A DNA stretch of 60,884 nt, filler included, from Catajapyx aquilonaris (GCA_000934665.2; 2 parts of 2 records of this genome joined end to end with filler, not necessarily neighbours in it), one strand, 5' to 3'; shown: positions 11,950 through 24,520, counted from the whole stretch's first letter. Notes: generated by a model from the sequence alone, not told the origin. Translations and numbers: made by a program.

Positions 11950-13500
11950 CCTTTCCTCTCTCTTTCCCAATCAGCTTACATAAGAAATTAATCAATACTG
12001 ATGCGATTAGCAAATCAGTTGCATGGGTTTAGCGAGGCAGGTTTGAGTGACTATGGATGACAGGTTCCTGGAACAATCGGTGACTTCTCTCATCGTGATT
12101 ATTTCGGTATTACCACCGTTACAGAATCGTCTCTGACCATTTTGGTCCATCCACAGCTTGCTGTTGTGAACACTTGCGTATCAATCTGAGTGACACGGGC
12201 AAGAATAAGTGAAAAGGAAGGATGAGCTGGCATGTGATTGTCATCATCTTCCTCTACTTCGTCACTTGATGAGTACATCTCTTCGTCGTCTTTTTGCCTC
12301 TTTCTTCATTGTCCATTCCCAGACCCGACTACTGTTCAGCTTTTCGATTAGGATATTCCAATTATGGAATCCAGTACCTACGTACCGAGAAGCGATATTG
12401 ATGGCCAGCCCCTAAAAGTGTAACAGCGATTCCAAAGGTGATGGCAGTCACCGGCACCTTAGCTTCCATTCTGGACATGACTTCTGCGCTGCTGGCCACT
12501 AGTACACTCAAGTAACTTAACATTGGAGACATCCATGTCATTTGTCGCATCATTGGTCTTCTCCTAGCTGGCGCGGCGGGCATCAGCAGTCGCATGTTTA
12601 TGATGATGTCACTATTCGGTGATTAGATGTTGATGGAGCCGGGGGCTGTAGATGGCTATGCCGGGTAAGCCCCCTTATATACATATCTAATACTAAAGTC
12701 GCATCTCCTGTTCAAGTTATAACAGCAGATTATAATTTCTTGAAGACCCAGGCGATATTTTCTGTTGTGGCGGTCGTGAAACACTCTGTGACAGGTGTTG
12801 CAGTCGACTACGTCGTTTCGCCCCAGTGCTGCGCATTATCATGTCTGGAATAAAGGACATCAGCTCCTGCGTCATTCTGTAAAGGGGCTTGTCAAATTGA
12901 CGCAGCAACATCGGCGAACTGGGTTTTTTTATTCCGGCCCATGACAGCTGCAGAGATATGCGAAGGACAATGTAAGCTAAAAAGACACGAGTATTAATAT
13001 TGTGAAATTTTGGTGCACACATAATGTCTTCCAACAATCACGATTATGTGTGCTGCTGTTCGCAGGTAAATTTTTTCTGCGCTGGTATCTGTCAGAAACT
13101 GCACCTCCGTCGCAGGATGGATTCCAATAGCAGACCGGAGACAGGATGATCGCCCCACAAGTCGGAAAAACATTGGGTGTGGAACTCTCGTTAATGATGG
13201 CAGGCACCGGAAGATTCATTTCAACTTTTTGAGTTGTTGGGAATGAGTACACTGGTAACTCAACATTGGAGCCACCCATACTATTTGGGTTACTATCCAA
13301 GCAGGCAGCAGAGGACTGTCTGAACTGCTGAAAAGTTGGGGGGCATGGACGTTATTGTCACTGTCGAGGTGTGGTAAATCAGATAGGCCAGTGATCTAGG
13401 TATGTTCGTGTCGTCGGGTATTTTACAGACAATGTGATGATTGGGTCTGTAATCATCTGTAACTGCCAGTACAGCAGTGGCGTATCGATTCTTCTATTGT
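11950..13500 (-). pseudogene. Transib transposase relic (copy X), interrupted by a PHD fragment
   Basis: Motifs in the expected order: SCDGGAVSDRYQ (CDG at ~13105-13115), NMRLLM..TNDATN, AITFGIA, AVDGPK, GGNT..RLFQEP. Confidence 0.65.
12720..12957 (-). repeat. PHD-ORF fragment, copy 2 (partial)
   Basis: Near-identical DNA to 14330-14512 and homologous to 9955-10050 (LLRQFDKPLYRMTQELMSFIPDMI). Confidence 0.8.
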
Positions 13501-14077
13501 TCCTGTGTAATGACCCCTAAATATTCACTTTCCGGAAATATGCTTTCCAACTCGTTTAATACGGTAGCTACGTTTTATTGTTGCAGCGTCGGCCTCAGGG
13601 CAAGAGGGATTCCCCGGCCCTTGATATTTCATCCACAATTGCCGATATGCCATTAGGTCTGGCACCCCAGACCCTGCAGTAGTGGGATGAGAGTAACATT
13701 CTTCGCAGGAAGGGAGGACACCAATGGGACAAGGGAGAAGACAGCAGAGACCAAGGCCCTTCTTCGTCTTGTCCTTCATCCCGGGAACTGTCGTCTTGGA
13801 CACGAAGACGAGTTCCTCTTCTTGTCTATTGGGGACACCGTCTTGCCTATTGCATATAATGAGCTAGTAATATTCATTCACGGAGATGCAATGTGCTGCT
13901 GGTGTGCTCGGTGTTGCATCATACCCATTATGAAGCACTTGATCGAATAGACCTAAGTGTATAACCTCCAATGATGACAATGATCCTCCCGAGAGACACA
14001 TAATGGGTATATGCACGGGGATGGCCTTCTATTCCCACATTGACATGGCTCGTATATGCACTTTGTAACCTTCATGG

Positions 14078-14142
14078 TTAGGATATTCCAATTATGGAAT
14101 CCAGTACCTACGTACCGAGAAGCGATATTGATGGCCAGCCCC
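14078..14142. repeat. Exact 65-bp duplicate of 12348-12412
   Basis: TTAGGATATTCCAATTATGGAATCCAGTACCTACGTACCGAGAAGCGATATTGATGGCCAGCCCC occurs at both positions. Confidence 0.95.
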
Positions 14143-14512
14143 AGCTGTAGGCGATATTCTCTGTTGTACGCGTGTGTGATTCAATATTTTTCCACGCCAT
14201 ACAATTAGGACACCTGACTGCCTTATTTGCATCCTGGGTTCCTCCCAGTGATTTTTAAATATGATTTTACTAGCTGAGCAGATGCTGCATTTGAAGTCAT
14301 CAGCATCCACAGGCGTTTCGGTGCACCGGTTCGTGAAACACTGTGACAGGTGTTGCAGTCCACTATGTCGTTTCCTCCCAGTGCTGCGCAATATCATGTC
14401 TGGAATAAAGGACATCAGCTCCTGCGTCATTCTGTAAAGGGGCTTGTCAAATTGACGCAGCAACATCGGCGAACTGGGTTTTATTATTCCGACCCATGAC
14501 AGCTGCAGAGAT
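14143..14512 (-). pseudogene. PHD-finger-containing ORF fragment, copy 3
   Basis: YCAALGGNDIVDCNTCH(fs)..RCTETPVDADDFKCSICSASKIIFKNHWEE. Homologous to 9780-10050. Confidence 0.75.
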
Positions 14513-14547
14513 CTCTGGCTACGTGGTCTTTCATCATCATCATGTGG

Positions 14548-14800
14548 TCAATGGCTGTTATGTAGGACAGCACAGGCTACAATAATTATGAGGCTCGTCT
14601 CCAGCTTTGTCCTCAACTTCATGCTCAGGCACGCGAACCCCATTTTCCACATTCCAAATGCGCATTCCACTCCCATTCTGGTGCTGGATAAAGTATCATT
14701 GTAGCGGTGCTCAGCTCTGGTGGTGGGGTTTCTCACTGTGGTGAGTAGGTATGGCAGACTAGTATACCCAGCATCTCCAATGAGGTGGCCTTGTAGTGCG
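14548..14800 (-). pseudogene. PIF/Harbinger DDE transposase C-terminal fragment (HARBI1-like)
   Basis: GHLIGDAGY..LPYLLT.VRNP...EHRYN...STRMGVECAFGMWK..FACL...IIVACAVLHN. Confidence 0.93.
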
Positions 14801-15480
14801 CCTGAATGAAGCTGCGATTCTTGTGCCCTCAATTCAAACATCAGCCTATGGGGACTGCTTAGTGTCCTTTCCATTGTTGCACTGTTTACAAATCGAACGA
14901 CACTTATTTGCTCAACACGCTGTAGTAGTAGCAGACTGTAACAGACTGCAACAGACTGCTTTTCCACAGTACCGTTATATGTGTGGTTGACCAGTAACAG
15001 GAGTCACGATAAGAACACGTCTGTCAACTCCGAAGTCCCAAAACAGAGTGGCTGGGGCCTGGGGGGCCTCAGTCGGGCCCGTGACAGCTTAAAATACCAT
15101 ATGGGTAGCTTTCTCAAGTCAAGGACGTTCAAAATACTTTGGGGTTGTTTGTGAAGAAAATTGGCAAAAATACATCTCTCCCAACCCCACTACCTTCAAA
15201 TTGAGCCGCATTCCTACCGAGCGTAATCCCCAAAAGGATCCGCATGGTCAGAAACCGGTGCGGTGTTGCCTAGTTCGGACGCCGATACACGACCAATGCG
15301 GTCTGTGCCATTCCTGCAGTGAGCAGGATGATGGCTTGTGTTCCGCAAGTAATTATACACTGCAAAAAGGAGGTTAAAAGCAAAAACCGATAACTCCAGT
15401 TTTGGTTGTTGTTTATCAGTGGTGCCAATAACTCCATGGACTTTTTATGAACAAAGTAAAATAATTTCGGTTTTTTTAAA
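14800..15480 (-). pseudogene. SWIM / YqaJ (lambda-exonuclease-like) accessory ORF relic of ISL2EU-type elements
   Basis: LLFAV..KPSSCSLQEWHRP (post-SWIM SCTxxxQxWHxP motif) is followed by MERT..FELRAQ(fs)RIAASF (YqaJ WxxxRxxRITAS motif). Confidence 0.5.
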
Positions 15481-16899
15481 CGAGGTCCTTACTGCTGCCG
15501 TCAGATATGAGAAGACCGTAACTCAATGTCCACTTCCCCTTGCGCCCTAGGAAAATGCGAGCGGAGCGAGGATTTTACTAGTGCACATGGTTAAATCCAT
15601 GAGCTCTTCAGCCCGAGACGTGTTTCCGTCACTCTTCTTGTGCTCTTGTTGCATCCATCTGTAACAAAATAGTGAAGTTTGTAATTCTAATAGTGCACAT
15701 TTAAAAAGGAGCAAATGCAGATGTAACTGCCTGAATACATTATATGTCTCTTCAAAGACATCTCATCTTCTCCTTCAGGCATTTTCCTGCTGGTGGTGGT
15801 ATCCACATGGAGAGTGGCTTGGGAGGCCGTTTTTTTTTTTTCATTGACGTTATTTCTGAACCCGGAAAATGCCGTTTTCTCTCATTTTTAAATTTGTCAA
15901 CAAGCATCTGCTTCCACGGCTCCTATATATGTGAAACAGAAACATTAAAAAGATTGCTAACAGGGAGATTATTGTTATGAAATTCAGTACTTAATAAATG
16001 AAAAAAAACACGTAGAGAATTACTGCATTTTATAAATTACCAACCCATTCATTCCCGCCAGGATTTTTCATTCCCCAATGCCCATGTTTTTTGATCAATT
16101 ATTTTGCCACTTCCGTGTACTGGGCTGACGTGGGGTAGCTGTAATGACGTATACACAATGACGGTATTTCATTAGGATTAAAGGTCATTTTCTGCAGGCT
16201 AGTCTATATTTAAAAAGGGGAAGAAACACTTCTTTTAATTGAAGTGGGTGTGCACTGTAAATATGGTAGTCGTCAACCAAAATCTTGAACTTTTAACGCA
16301 CTATGGGCAAGATACAGTGTCGATGCTTAGGTGTAAAAGTAAATGTTTGTAATGTCCGGTTGTCTTTCTTCTCACCTTACCTTGGCATACAGCCAAAGGA
16401 CACACTTGGTCAGTTCCCTCCACAGTCTTTTTGTTGCGGACTGGGTCAGGTAGTGTATTTAATTTGTAAGTTAACAAACCTCAGAGGAGCAGCAAAGTCC
16501 TGTTACATATGCATAAATTCACAGTAGAATTGATTGCTATTAACAAACCTAAAAAAAATCCAGTTTGCCTATTCGTTGACCAAAGGGAAGATCCATTAGC
16601 AGTAGTTAACAAAAAATTGCTTTTGAAATTTGACCAAAAGCTTAGAGTCACGCTGTATTAAGGGACGTTCTTTGCTACCATAAAACGGGGTTGGAACTAG
16701 TTTAGGTCTACAAAGTCCTAACTTTATGGTCATTTAATGCAAAATTAATGATATATTGGGAGTTCATGATTGTGTCATACCTGCTGCATTTTCTCCTTAA
16801 CATCTGCCAACCGAGACAGTTGCCAGTTGTGTCCAATCAGTGTCAACAATCAATCCAAAAATTGCCCCTTGGAACTTGTCAACAGCTTCTCCTGAAATA

Positions 16900-17350
16900 A
16901 GACACAGTAAAATNAAATGTTACCCAGGATAAGCAGCCAAATGTAAGGTTTTTTGGTCCTGGACGGTCCTTGCATCTCATAACCATGTAACTGTCGGAGT
17001 CAGTGCTGCATACGGTTATGGCCGCAATCAATCAAAGTATCCAACCCGGAAAGGATGGTTGTCATCATTGTAAATTGTGTCTAAAGTGTGGCTCCATGGG
17101 TTTATCGCAGCATCCCTAACAATAGCACACTATGGAGAACAGATTTTCCAGTGGATCTTGGATCAGCCGGGATATGGGCAGGTGACTCAACACTTTCCCG
17201 ATCGAAGTCATTCCCCCCAAAAATACGACCGCTCTGATGTTCAAAAAGTCCTATAACTTCACTGGGCAACGTCTTTATCTTTTTCCCTGGCTGTTGTCAG
17301 TTGGTAAAAGGAAGATTCGCATTTCTCGGGATGATTTATGAGTAATTTCC
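16900..17350 (-). pseudogene. P-element (THAP9-like) transposase C-terminal relic
   Basis: SRLIQDPLENLFSIV...GCCDKP (~17100-17175) matches the P-element motif RLxQDPLENxFSxIRxxGGxxDNP. Confidence 0.8.
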
Positions 17351-17799
17351 TCTGTACCGTGTTGTCTTTGTTCCCGATCGTGAATCCAATTCTTCTTGGT
17401 CTCGGTCGATCTACTGTGAGACCAAAACGTTTCTGAATATGCCGCTTATCCTCTTGAGTTAAGTGGCAAGCTCGTACTAAGGAAGGCCCAACTCAGAGAA
17501 GTTCGTGCGAATTTCTCCACATCACGAATGTCTTCCTCTTGTCATATTCATCCTCGTTTGATGGGTTGTCTTATCATTCCATGTCCACTTCTCTTGCAGT
17601 TTCTGATGATGATTGGTTGGAGGGATCTGCATCGGAATCCGATTCATTCCTCAAACAGCTGCAAATTCCGTGGACTTTGTCCGGATTTAGGTCGCTCTCG
17701 CCTAAATAACGCCCGTACATTGGCATGTTTCTCCGTGTTCGCCCCATTTTTCACTGGTTCTTCGTCAAATAGAAATCTAAATTAAGTTGTCACTGTCGG

Positions 17800-18260
17800 T
17801 TGTCTTCAATCTTGATTGGCATTGCAACACGCCAGATAATGTTGTTGGGCTTCTCTAGGAAAGACACTGATTTGGTGACATTCTTGTATGGAGGCCATCA
17901 GGAAGTAGACGATCCACCTTTTACTAGTGCAGTCCAAGTGCTTGGCACAGCATCAACTTTACTGCTCTCGATGTGAAAAGTTTCAATGACACCTCAACTG
18001 GCAGGCAATACTAACATAAAATACTAAAGAAGAGTACCTGCTTAAAGGACTTCAGTGACCGCATATGTCGTCACAAGGGTTTTTTCCCGTGGCTAGTAGC
18101 GAAAAAATTTCACTCCGCCCTGAATTGAAAGTGTCCAATGGAAGCCGAGATTTCTCAGATTTCTTTCTGTTCTTGTATTGTGAGGTGGCCCCATCACTGA
18201 AAATCATTAATGGTGCAAAATAATTCATTGTGCTGGGCCAGGGCATCTGGGCGTCAGTCG
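17800..18260 (-). pseudogene. Sola2-type transposase relic
   Basis: IFSDGATSQYKNR and ATGKNPCDDICG match SDGAxxQYKN ... SHGKGPCDGIGG. Confidence 0.75.
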
Positions 18261-18700
18261 ATCCCACAATTGGGGAGGTGTGGTGGTGACTTGAAGCAGT
18301 CGACCACGACTTGTTCGTTTCTTGAGGTTCAGGATTGGAAACGGTGAGTTTGGCTCCAGGTTTTCCTTGTACCGGATGGCGTGAGGATTGGCCTTGTAGC
18401 TATTATGGTCCTCTTGTCTTGGTCTGTGTCGCGCAAAAGGAAGTGATATTGCATTAGTACTGCCAGTCTCACTCTGAAGTGCGGTAACACCGTAAACAGC
18501 ATTGGCTGAGAGGGCAAGCAGAAATAAATTTTTGCTGTGCACGATACTGTATTTCTTGTGAAGAGAGACATCCGCAAGCCGTCCATATCGATATGGTTGG
18601 CGCGTCCAAAATAGATGAGTTGGGAAGAAGACCTTGCAAGTGCGTCTGTCAAGGTGTCCTGTGGACGGAAGATGACAGTTTGCCGGTTTTGATGCACATA
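18260..18700 (-). pseudogene. CACTA/EnSpm-like transposase relic
   Basis: HIDMDGLRMS, FLLRD.. and SHHHTSPIV resemble the NxDGL / CDxPAR / HHxxSPL motifs of animal CMC-EnSpm transposases. Confidence 0.4.
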
Positions 18701-19549
18701 CTTAAAAATTTATCCGCATATATACATATGTAACGAGGGAACCATGTAATGACTATTATTCGGTTGGCCTTGAATTGTGTTTGCATAGTTTTAAATACTC
18801 AAAATGGCATTTTTATCAGTCTGTTTTATTATTTACACAGTAAGATTGATGTGAACTTATTTTTAATGGCATTCAAAATTGTATCATGGATCTGAGCAAC
18901 GTAACTGGTATTATGTGGTCTTTTATGACCCCACGCTTACGAGAATTGAGAGTGTGAAGTTACTGATTAATTAAAACCCAAATGCCTTTGTGTATATTCT
19001 TTAAACATATCTTTGCCTATGTCTGTTAATGTCTTTGAAATTATTATTTTTTTAAATGAGAGTCCTCAAATAAACATCTACAATCGCGGTGGGTGCATCT
19101 GGGATCAAAAAAGACCCCATGATACCAGATACGCAATGATGTTGATTCCAAGGCATCTGATGATCTGATGTTGCTGTAGTCGGTGCTCACATGCTGGAGC
19201 AGGCTTTCACCAGCTTCTTCCGTTAAAATTAAAGACTCAATTTTATGTCGCGTACATTGGTCATCTCCAGCAGGGTATTGTGATACCCGGTGTAAACAGT
19301 CATCTGTCATGTGCAAAATAAAAACATGCGAAATTGTGTATCACATACTGAATTGTACACTGTAGGGTGGAGCGAGGAACATGAAAGTTGTCCAATTAAA
19401 TAGCACGGGGTGTCAAAAGTTGTGCATGGACTAGTATAACACTGGTGATTTTTTTATAATTTTCGTACTTCATTGTCATTCTTCGCAAGAGCCTTCAAGT
19501 TTCGCAATTTTTGCGAGAACAGCACATATTACGTTGTGCAGCACGATTT

Positions 19550-20100
19550 TTGTCCATAGGAATTCGTCGCAATTTCCACGGCTCAGAGGTCAAAAATGGC
19601 AAGGTCCACTTGGAAAACCTGGTCGTAAAATGAGCAAACACCGATGATGAACTTTCAGTGGTACAATCTTGAACCTTTTTATGTCCATATTTTTCCGCAG
19701 TTAAGCGACATACGGAAATGTGCAAATAATATCCAATGATATTAAAATGAATAATTGTTGCACGTATTTGTGTTCCACCCTCCAAAAGTGGACTTTGCCG
19801 TTTTCGATCTCAGAGCCCTCAATTATTAAACAATTGCGTGGTAGGTAAATTGTTATGTTTTCAAAAGTTTTGTCATCAAATCACTTTTATCTGCCACACA
19901 CTCTATTATACAATCTGTATCAAGACTTTGAAGTATTTCTTTCTCGACTACCATAAGCATGAATGCTTCCAGGTGGTCTTCAGTGAGAGTACTTCGAAGT
20001 CTGTTTTTTTACAAACTTTAATACAGAAAAACTTCTTTCGTAGGCTACTTGCGTGAAAGAAAGTGTTAGCATGGATTTGTACGCAACGCCTATCTTACAA
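19550..20100 (-). pseudogene. Possible Ulp1-like cysteine protease relic (transposon cargo)
   Basis: YHWIL and (C)xVFAxF pieces are in the right order but heavily frameshifted. Confidence 0.3.
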
Positions 20101-20334
20101 TATGCCCCAGTCAGTAGATTGTATCACTTCAGAAGTCTGTAGCAGCAAAGTGAACAATTTTGACACGGTGTACAATTCTTTCTCTTCAACTTTGGCTTTT
20201 TTGGACGTGACTTTTCTCTTGGTTTTGCTATGTCTGCCTCCTCCTCCTAGGATGGATCTTACTTCCGCTTCCGCTTACTTCACCTCGTCAACATTCACCC
20301 CGCCGCCAATATGACAGCCACGCGCCTTAGCTGG

Positions 20335-20545
20335 TTGCTGTTTGTGATGTACTTGAAAAGATACTTCACAGCCCTTCGGCGAGAGGCAATTTCCGTGTTG
20401 ATGTGCTCTTCATACTTGAGCATCTTGGCTGCGTTGTAGGGAACGACCCGAGCGTCGTTAATTTCGACATCCTTTCCAGCATAGCGAATCTTAGCCTTGT
20501 TTTTTACATTCCTCTTATAGTGGACGAAATATGTAAGGATGGGAT
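20335..20545 (-). pseudogene. Helitron Rep (HUH) domain fragment
   Basis: INDARVVPYNAAKMLKYEEHINTEIASRRRAVKYLFKYIT matches the Helitron motif VVPYNPxLxxxxxxHINVE...KYLFKY. Confidence 0.9.
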
Positions 20546-20589
20546 GTCAGGATATTATTGATTCAAATGTACTCTTACTTCCATATTTT

Positions 20590-21960
20590 TAAAATAATCA
20601 CCACTTCACTGGGTATGCTCCCCACCCAATTGACCCTGAGCCCAAACTGGACCAGCCGATTTACTTTGGCGCGCCGTCCCAATCCACCCGTCTTAGTCGC
20701 TTCCGGAGCCAAAGCGGTATGTCGCCGGGACCTGCAGGCCCCCGACAACGCGGGCTGCAACAGCACAGGCCCAGCTCAACCCCCTGGACATCCTTCCCCG
20801 CCGTACGGCGTTCAGGACCCTACCAGGAAACAAAGAATCCCCGGTAAGGTGGTCCTCTCACCGCGAACAGGAACCCATATCGAGGGGCAAGGCCCTCCAG
20901 AAGGGTGTCCCTCTCCATGGTTCGCTCCTTTTTTGCGGAACCAGTGTGCTGATGGTTATCACATTTACCAATGCCGGAACCACTCAGGGCTGCGCATTCC
21001 AAGACCCTGGCATGCATGGTCTCATAATCCTTGGCGATGTTAGTCCTTCTTGACCTCCATTTCTCCTGGTGCTGTGAGTCATCGCGGTGGCGCCTGCAGA
21101 GCAGCCTGACCACCAGCTCGACGATTCTGCTGCAGCCCGGGTTTTTATCCGGTAAAAAAGCAGTCTCGGTCCGTGTACAGGACGGATGGAGCATGGAGGC
21201 TCCTCTCCGGCCTCCCGGAACCTCCGCACCAGGCCGCTGGCCAGCACCTCTCCACACTCATTCCCCACGGAGGTCATCCAGGAAGCGGTCCCCGCCATCT
21301 CCTCCTGCAGCTTCCGGCAGATCTTCTTGGTGGAGTCGACCTTGATGATCCTACCGAAGGTGGAGGTGATCCCAGCCTTCACCTCCACCAAACGGCTGAA
21401 CACATCTCGGACGTACGCCCCCAGGAACCACTTGGCGGTGGGCAGGGGCACCATGATGGGGACAGGCCGCGCAGAGGGCACGCCTGCCCCGAGGAACTTG
21501 GCCCTGACCCCCGACCAGTACCGCTCCACCTGGCCCAGGTAGGCCACCTGCTTCCGGGCCCACTCCTCCTGGTGCAGCCTGTCCAGCTGCCTGCAGAGGG
21601 CCGTGGGGCTGTTGCCCAGGGTCCGCTGCTGGAGCAGGCTGACCACCGCCCGGTCGCAGGCGTACCGGTATGTCAGGACCGCCGGTAAGCGCACCCCCCG
21701 GCACCTGGGCCATGACCCTGTCGTCCCAGGCCCTCAGTGTCAGGTTGCACTGCCTACAACGGCAGTAGTCCCCGAGTGGCAATCATGGAGAGACATTGGT
21801 CACCTACTCCTTGGGTTCTGTCCAAGGCAACCCTTTCGAGTTTTCGAACCGCTTTCTGTAGAGAGGAGCGAGTCCCAGCGCATGCCAGGATTTCCATTCG
21901 ACTGCATATACGCTGCATTCAGATCCAGCCGGCGGAGGTTACTCTGGCGAATGTGAAACC
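20590..21960 (-). pseudogene. Dada-like (DUF6729-type) transposase relic, copy 1
   Basis: CRQC..LRAWD..PAVLTYRYACDRAVVSLLQQRTLGNSPT...ITSTFGRIIKVDSTKKICRKL..TASWMTSVGNE. Internally deleted and GC-rich. Confidence 0.75.
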
Positions 21961-21999
21961 ATCCTCTGACTCATGGTTGCAAATATTCATGAAATTTTG

Positions 22000-23100
22000 T
22001 TTCTTCTTATACTGCGCGGCACAACCGTCAGTGAAGTTCATGGAGTGTCCCGTGCCTCGGTGCTGTTCTGGGTACTATAAAGAAAAGGGAGGACATTTCA
22101 TGCTACTCACAGCACTTAACCTGGGCTGCCTGGATATTTTTGAGGGGTGTTTACCTTGAGGGACTCAGATACTCCCTTGTCCATGATGATCTTCCCACTC
22201 ACCAGGAGAGCACTTTTTGGCATGAATACTTTACGGGCTCCGTCCCTTGAGTAAGCAGATCCTCTGCGTACTTTCCTAGACCACTTGTCTGTGGCGTGGG
22301 GAATGTCGTCCTTGTTTGAAGTACGCTTCTGATACTTTTTTTGAAATCCACATTGAATTCAGCATGTGTCAGTCGCTTGTCTATCTAAGGAAATCATGAC
22401 CCGTAGAATTCTTGCTGGACTCCTGTGCAGTTTTTTCATTAGTGAATTGTTCTTGGAAATGTTGAATACGCTAGATGCAAAGGCTCCAGTACATATATTT
22501 TGTGATGTCACTTTCATACTTCAAATCTTCGCTCAAGTTTTTGCGTCGCGTCCGTTGCAAATCTGAATGGAAGTCTTATCTGTCAGAGTGTTGCATGTGA
22601 GCTCATGACGAGCAGTCACACTCATTTCTGAGTGTGGGACGGATATGGCGTACTTTGTTGCCTGTGTTAAGCTGTTTGATTTGTTTCTGGACGCACTCTT
22701 TATGAGTTACAGTGACGACACATGCCCCCTTTGCAAAATTGCATGGGACGACATATTCGCATGGATGAGGGACGGTTATTTTGCCAAATTACTATTTTCT
22801 TCTCATTTGGTCAATTTTAGGAATCAATAAACCTAAATGTGAAATTTGTCCTCTCGCTCGCAGCCGCATGCTGGCCGCATCTTTCTTGTACGTTGAGGAT
22901 GTCGCTCAACCTGGTTTGCATATGCCGTGCTTCTCTCCGTCCTACTGTTGTAATGCCACATTGGATAAAACATTCCCGAAATTGGGTTTCGGGAATCTCA
23001 TTCCTTGCCTCTTGCACACAGTGAGCTACTGCTTTAGGTATGTCCTCAACATTTTCATGCCAACCTCATTTACCATGTGTGTATATTGTGCCTGCCTTCA
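22000..23100 (-). pseudogene. Transib transposase relic (copy Z)
   Basis: KIVIWQNNRPSSMRICRPMQF (~22738-22800) matches the Transib motif IWxNxxPSSTRYCRPI. Confidence 0.8.
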
Positions 23101-23789
23101 TGTAAAGTCCAGATCACAATGTTGGGCTTCTCCGAAGAATTCACTGCTTTTGTGACATTCTTGTAGGGTGGCCACAAGCAAGTAGCTGCAGGATCGTCTC
23201 CCAAGTGTAGGGGACTCCCTCAATAATTTCATTTGCACAAATAATACACCGTAAGGGTGCAGGTTCTCTGGTTTATGATGTCCTTTCCCGGGCAAGCCGC
23301 ACATGATATGACTGCACAATGGTAGTAGGCCTACAATATATTGGCCTGTACTCCTGCAACCATCAACCTGCAACTTGCGCGCCATCTATTATTCATATTA
23401 TTATATATACTTGATAAACTTCCTCAGAAGGACACAGTTTTACAAGGCGCGCCACTTAGGACCGAGTCTACTTCCTGCTCAATTATTTCTCAGAACGACA
23501 ACCACGTATAAATATTATTCATATTATTAACTTCGGAAGACTTATCTGCCACCTATTATTGATAATTATAACTTACCATGCACCTGTATAGCATATATAG
23601 TATGTATTATATAGTCATAGAGCTGCCCTGCCATCTGTCAACATGTTTAAATTTTCAAATTTCCCACCTTACACTGTAGTAAACTGCGTCATTGGCTGTG
23701 CAATATTTTACATGTACAGTGGATGTGTTCCAGCTGGTTACTCCATAGTGTTACCGGTAACGAATTTTAGGAGTAAGCTGCTGATACTT

Positions 23790-23980
23790 TTAAGCAGTTT
23801 CTTTGCAACATATGCTTGCTTTCTAACTTCATGTCGGCCCCAATGCTGACCCACAACTGGTAAATGTACTGCCGGTTCTTGTGGTCCTTGTGTTGCGGGT
23901 TCCACAATGCAGGCTGCTGCTGGACAAGTGAAATGAGTTGTTCACATTCCGCGATGTAGATCTCTTTCCGCGAAGCCATG
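23790..23980 (-). pseudogene. MADF (Myb/SANT-like) domain fragment, typical of Harbinger ORF2
   Basis: EQLISLVQQQPALWNPQHKDHKNRQYIYQLWVSIG. Confidence 0.85.
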
Positions 23981-24229
23981 GTGGAAAGGGTGGGCAAAGG
24001 CACTGACACTTCTGGATATGACTGTGTCTGCAAGAGCAAGGAAAACATGAAATTATTAGAACATGAATTTACACGGGATTAAATGCTTTTTTACTGCAAT
24101 TGACTTACTTTTTCGGCTGTGGACGTAAGTAAGTGCTGAGGTTTCTTCCCCAATCTCGGTAAATGAAATAATTAACCACAAAGCATTCGCAAACAAAACG
24201 CATTACTTTGTGACGATCGTATTTCTTTA

Positions 24230-24520
24230 ATGCAGCTTACTCCATAAAGAGAAGTGCGTAAATTCAGCTAGTTGCATGAATAATGAAATGCCATCATTTA
24301 TGCACTAGAAGCATAAATATATGCACTTAACTGAAATCACACACTAAATGCATAATTTCATGCACAGTGCATATTACCCTCATGCAGTAAACTGCATAAA
24401 GAAAACTGCATAAATTCAGTTCGTTGTGTGAATAATGAAATGCATTACAAGAAAACTGCACCACGGTGCATATTTAAACGTTTTATGCAATTACATGCAT
24501 AAAATAATGCATTACATGTT
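24230..24520. repeat. TGCA(T/A)-rich region with a ~48-bp direct repeat (subterminal-repeat-like)
   Basis: CATAAAGAGAAGTGCGTAAATTCAG...AATAATGAAATG (24243-24290) recurs at 24395-24442. There are many TGCAT motifs. Confidence 0.6.

Noticed and set aside
12385..12396. Minus-strand ATCGCTTCTCGG equals the first 12 nt of U2 snRNA (also at 14115-14126)
   Set aside because: The match stops after 12 nt and the segment reads as part of the Transib relic, so it is probably chance.
21031..21688. Long + strand ORFs opposite the Dada relic (and at 25616-26373)
   Set aside because: Shadow ORFs produced by high GC content on the antisense of a coding sequence.
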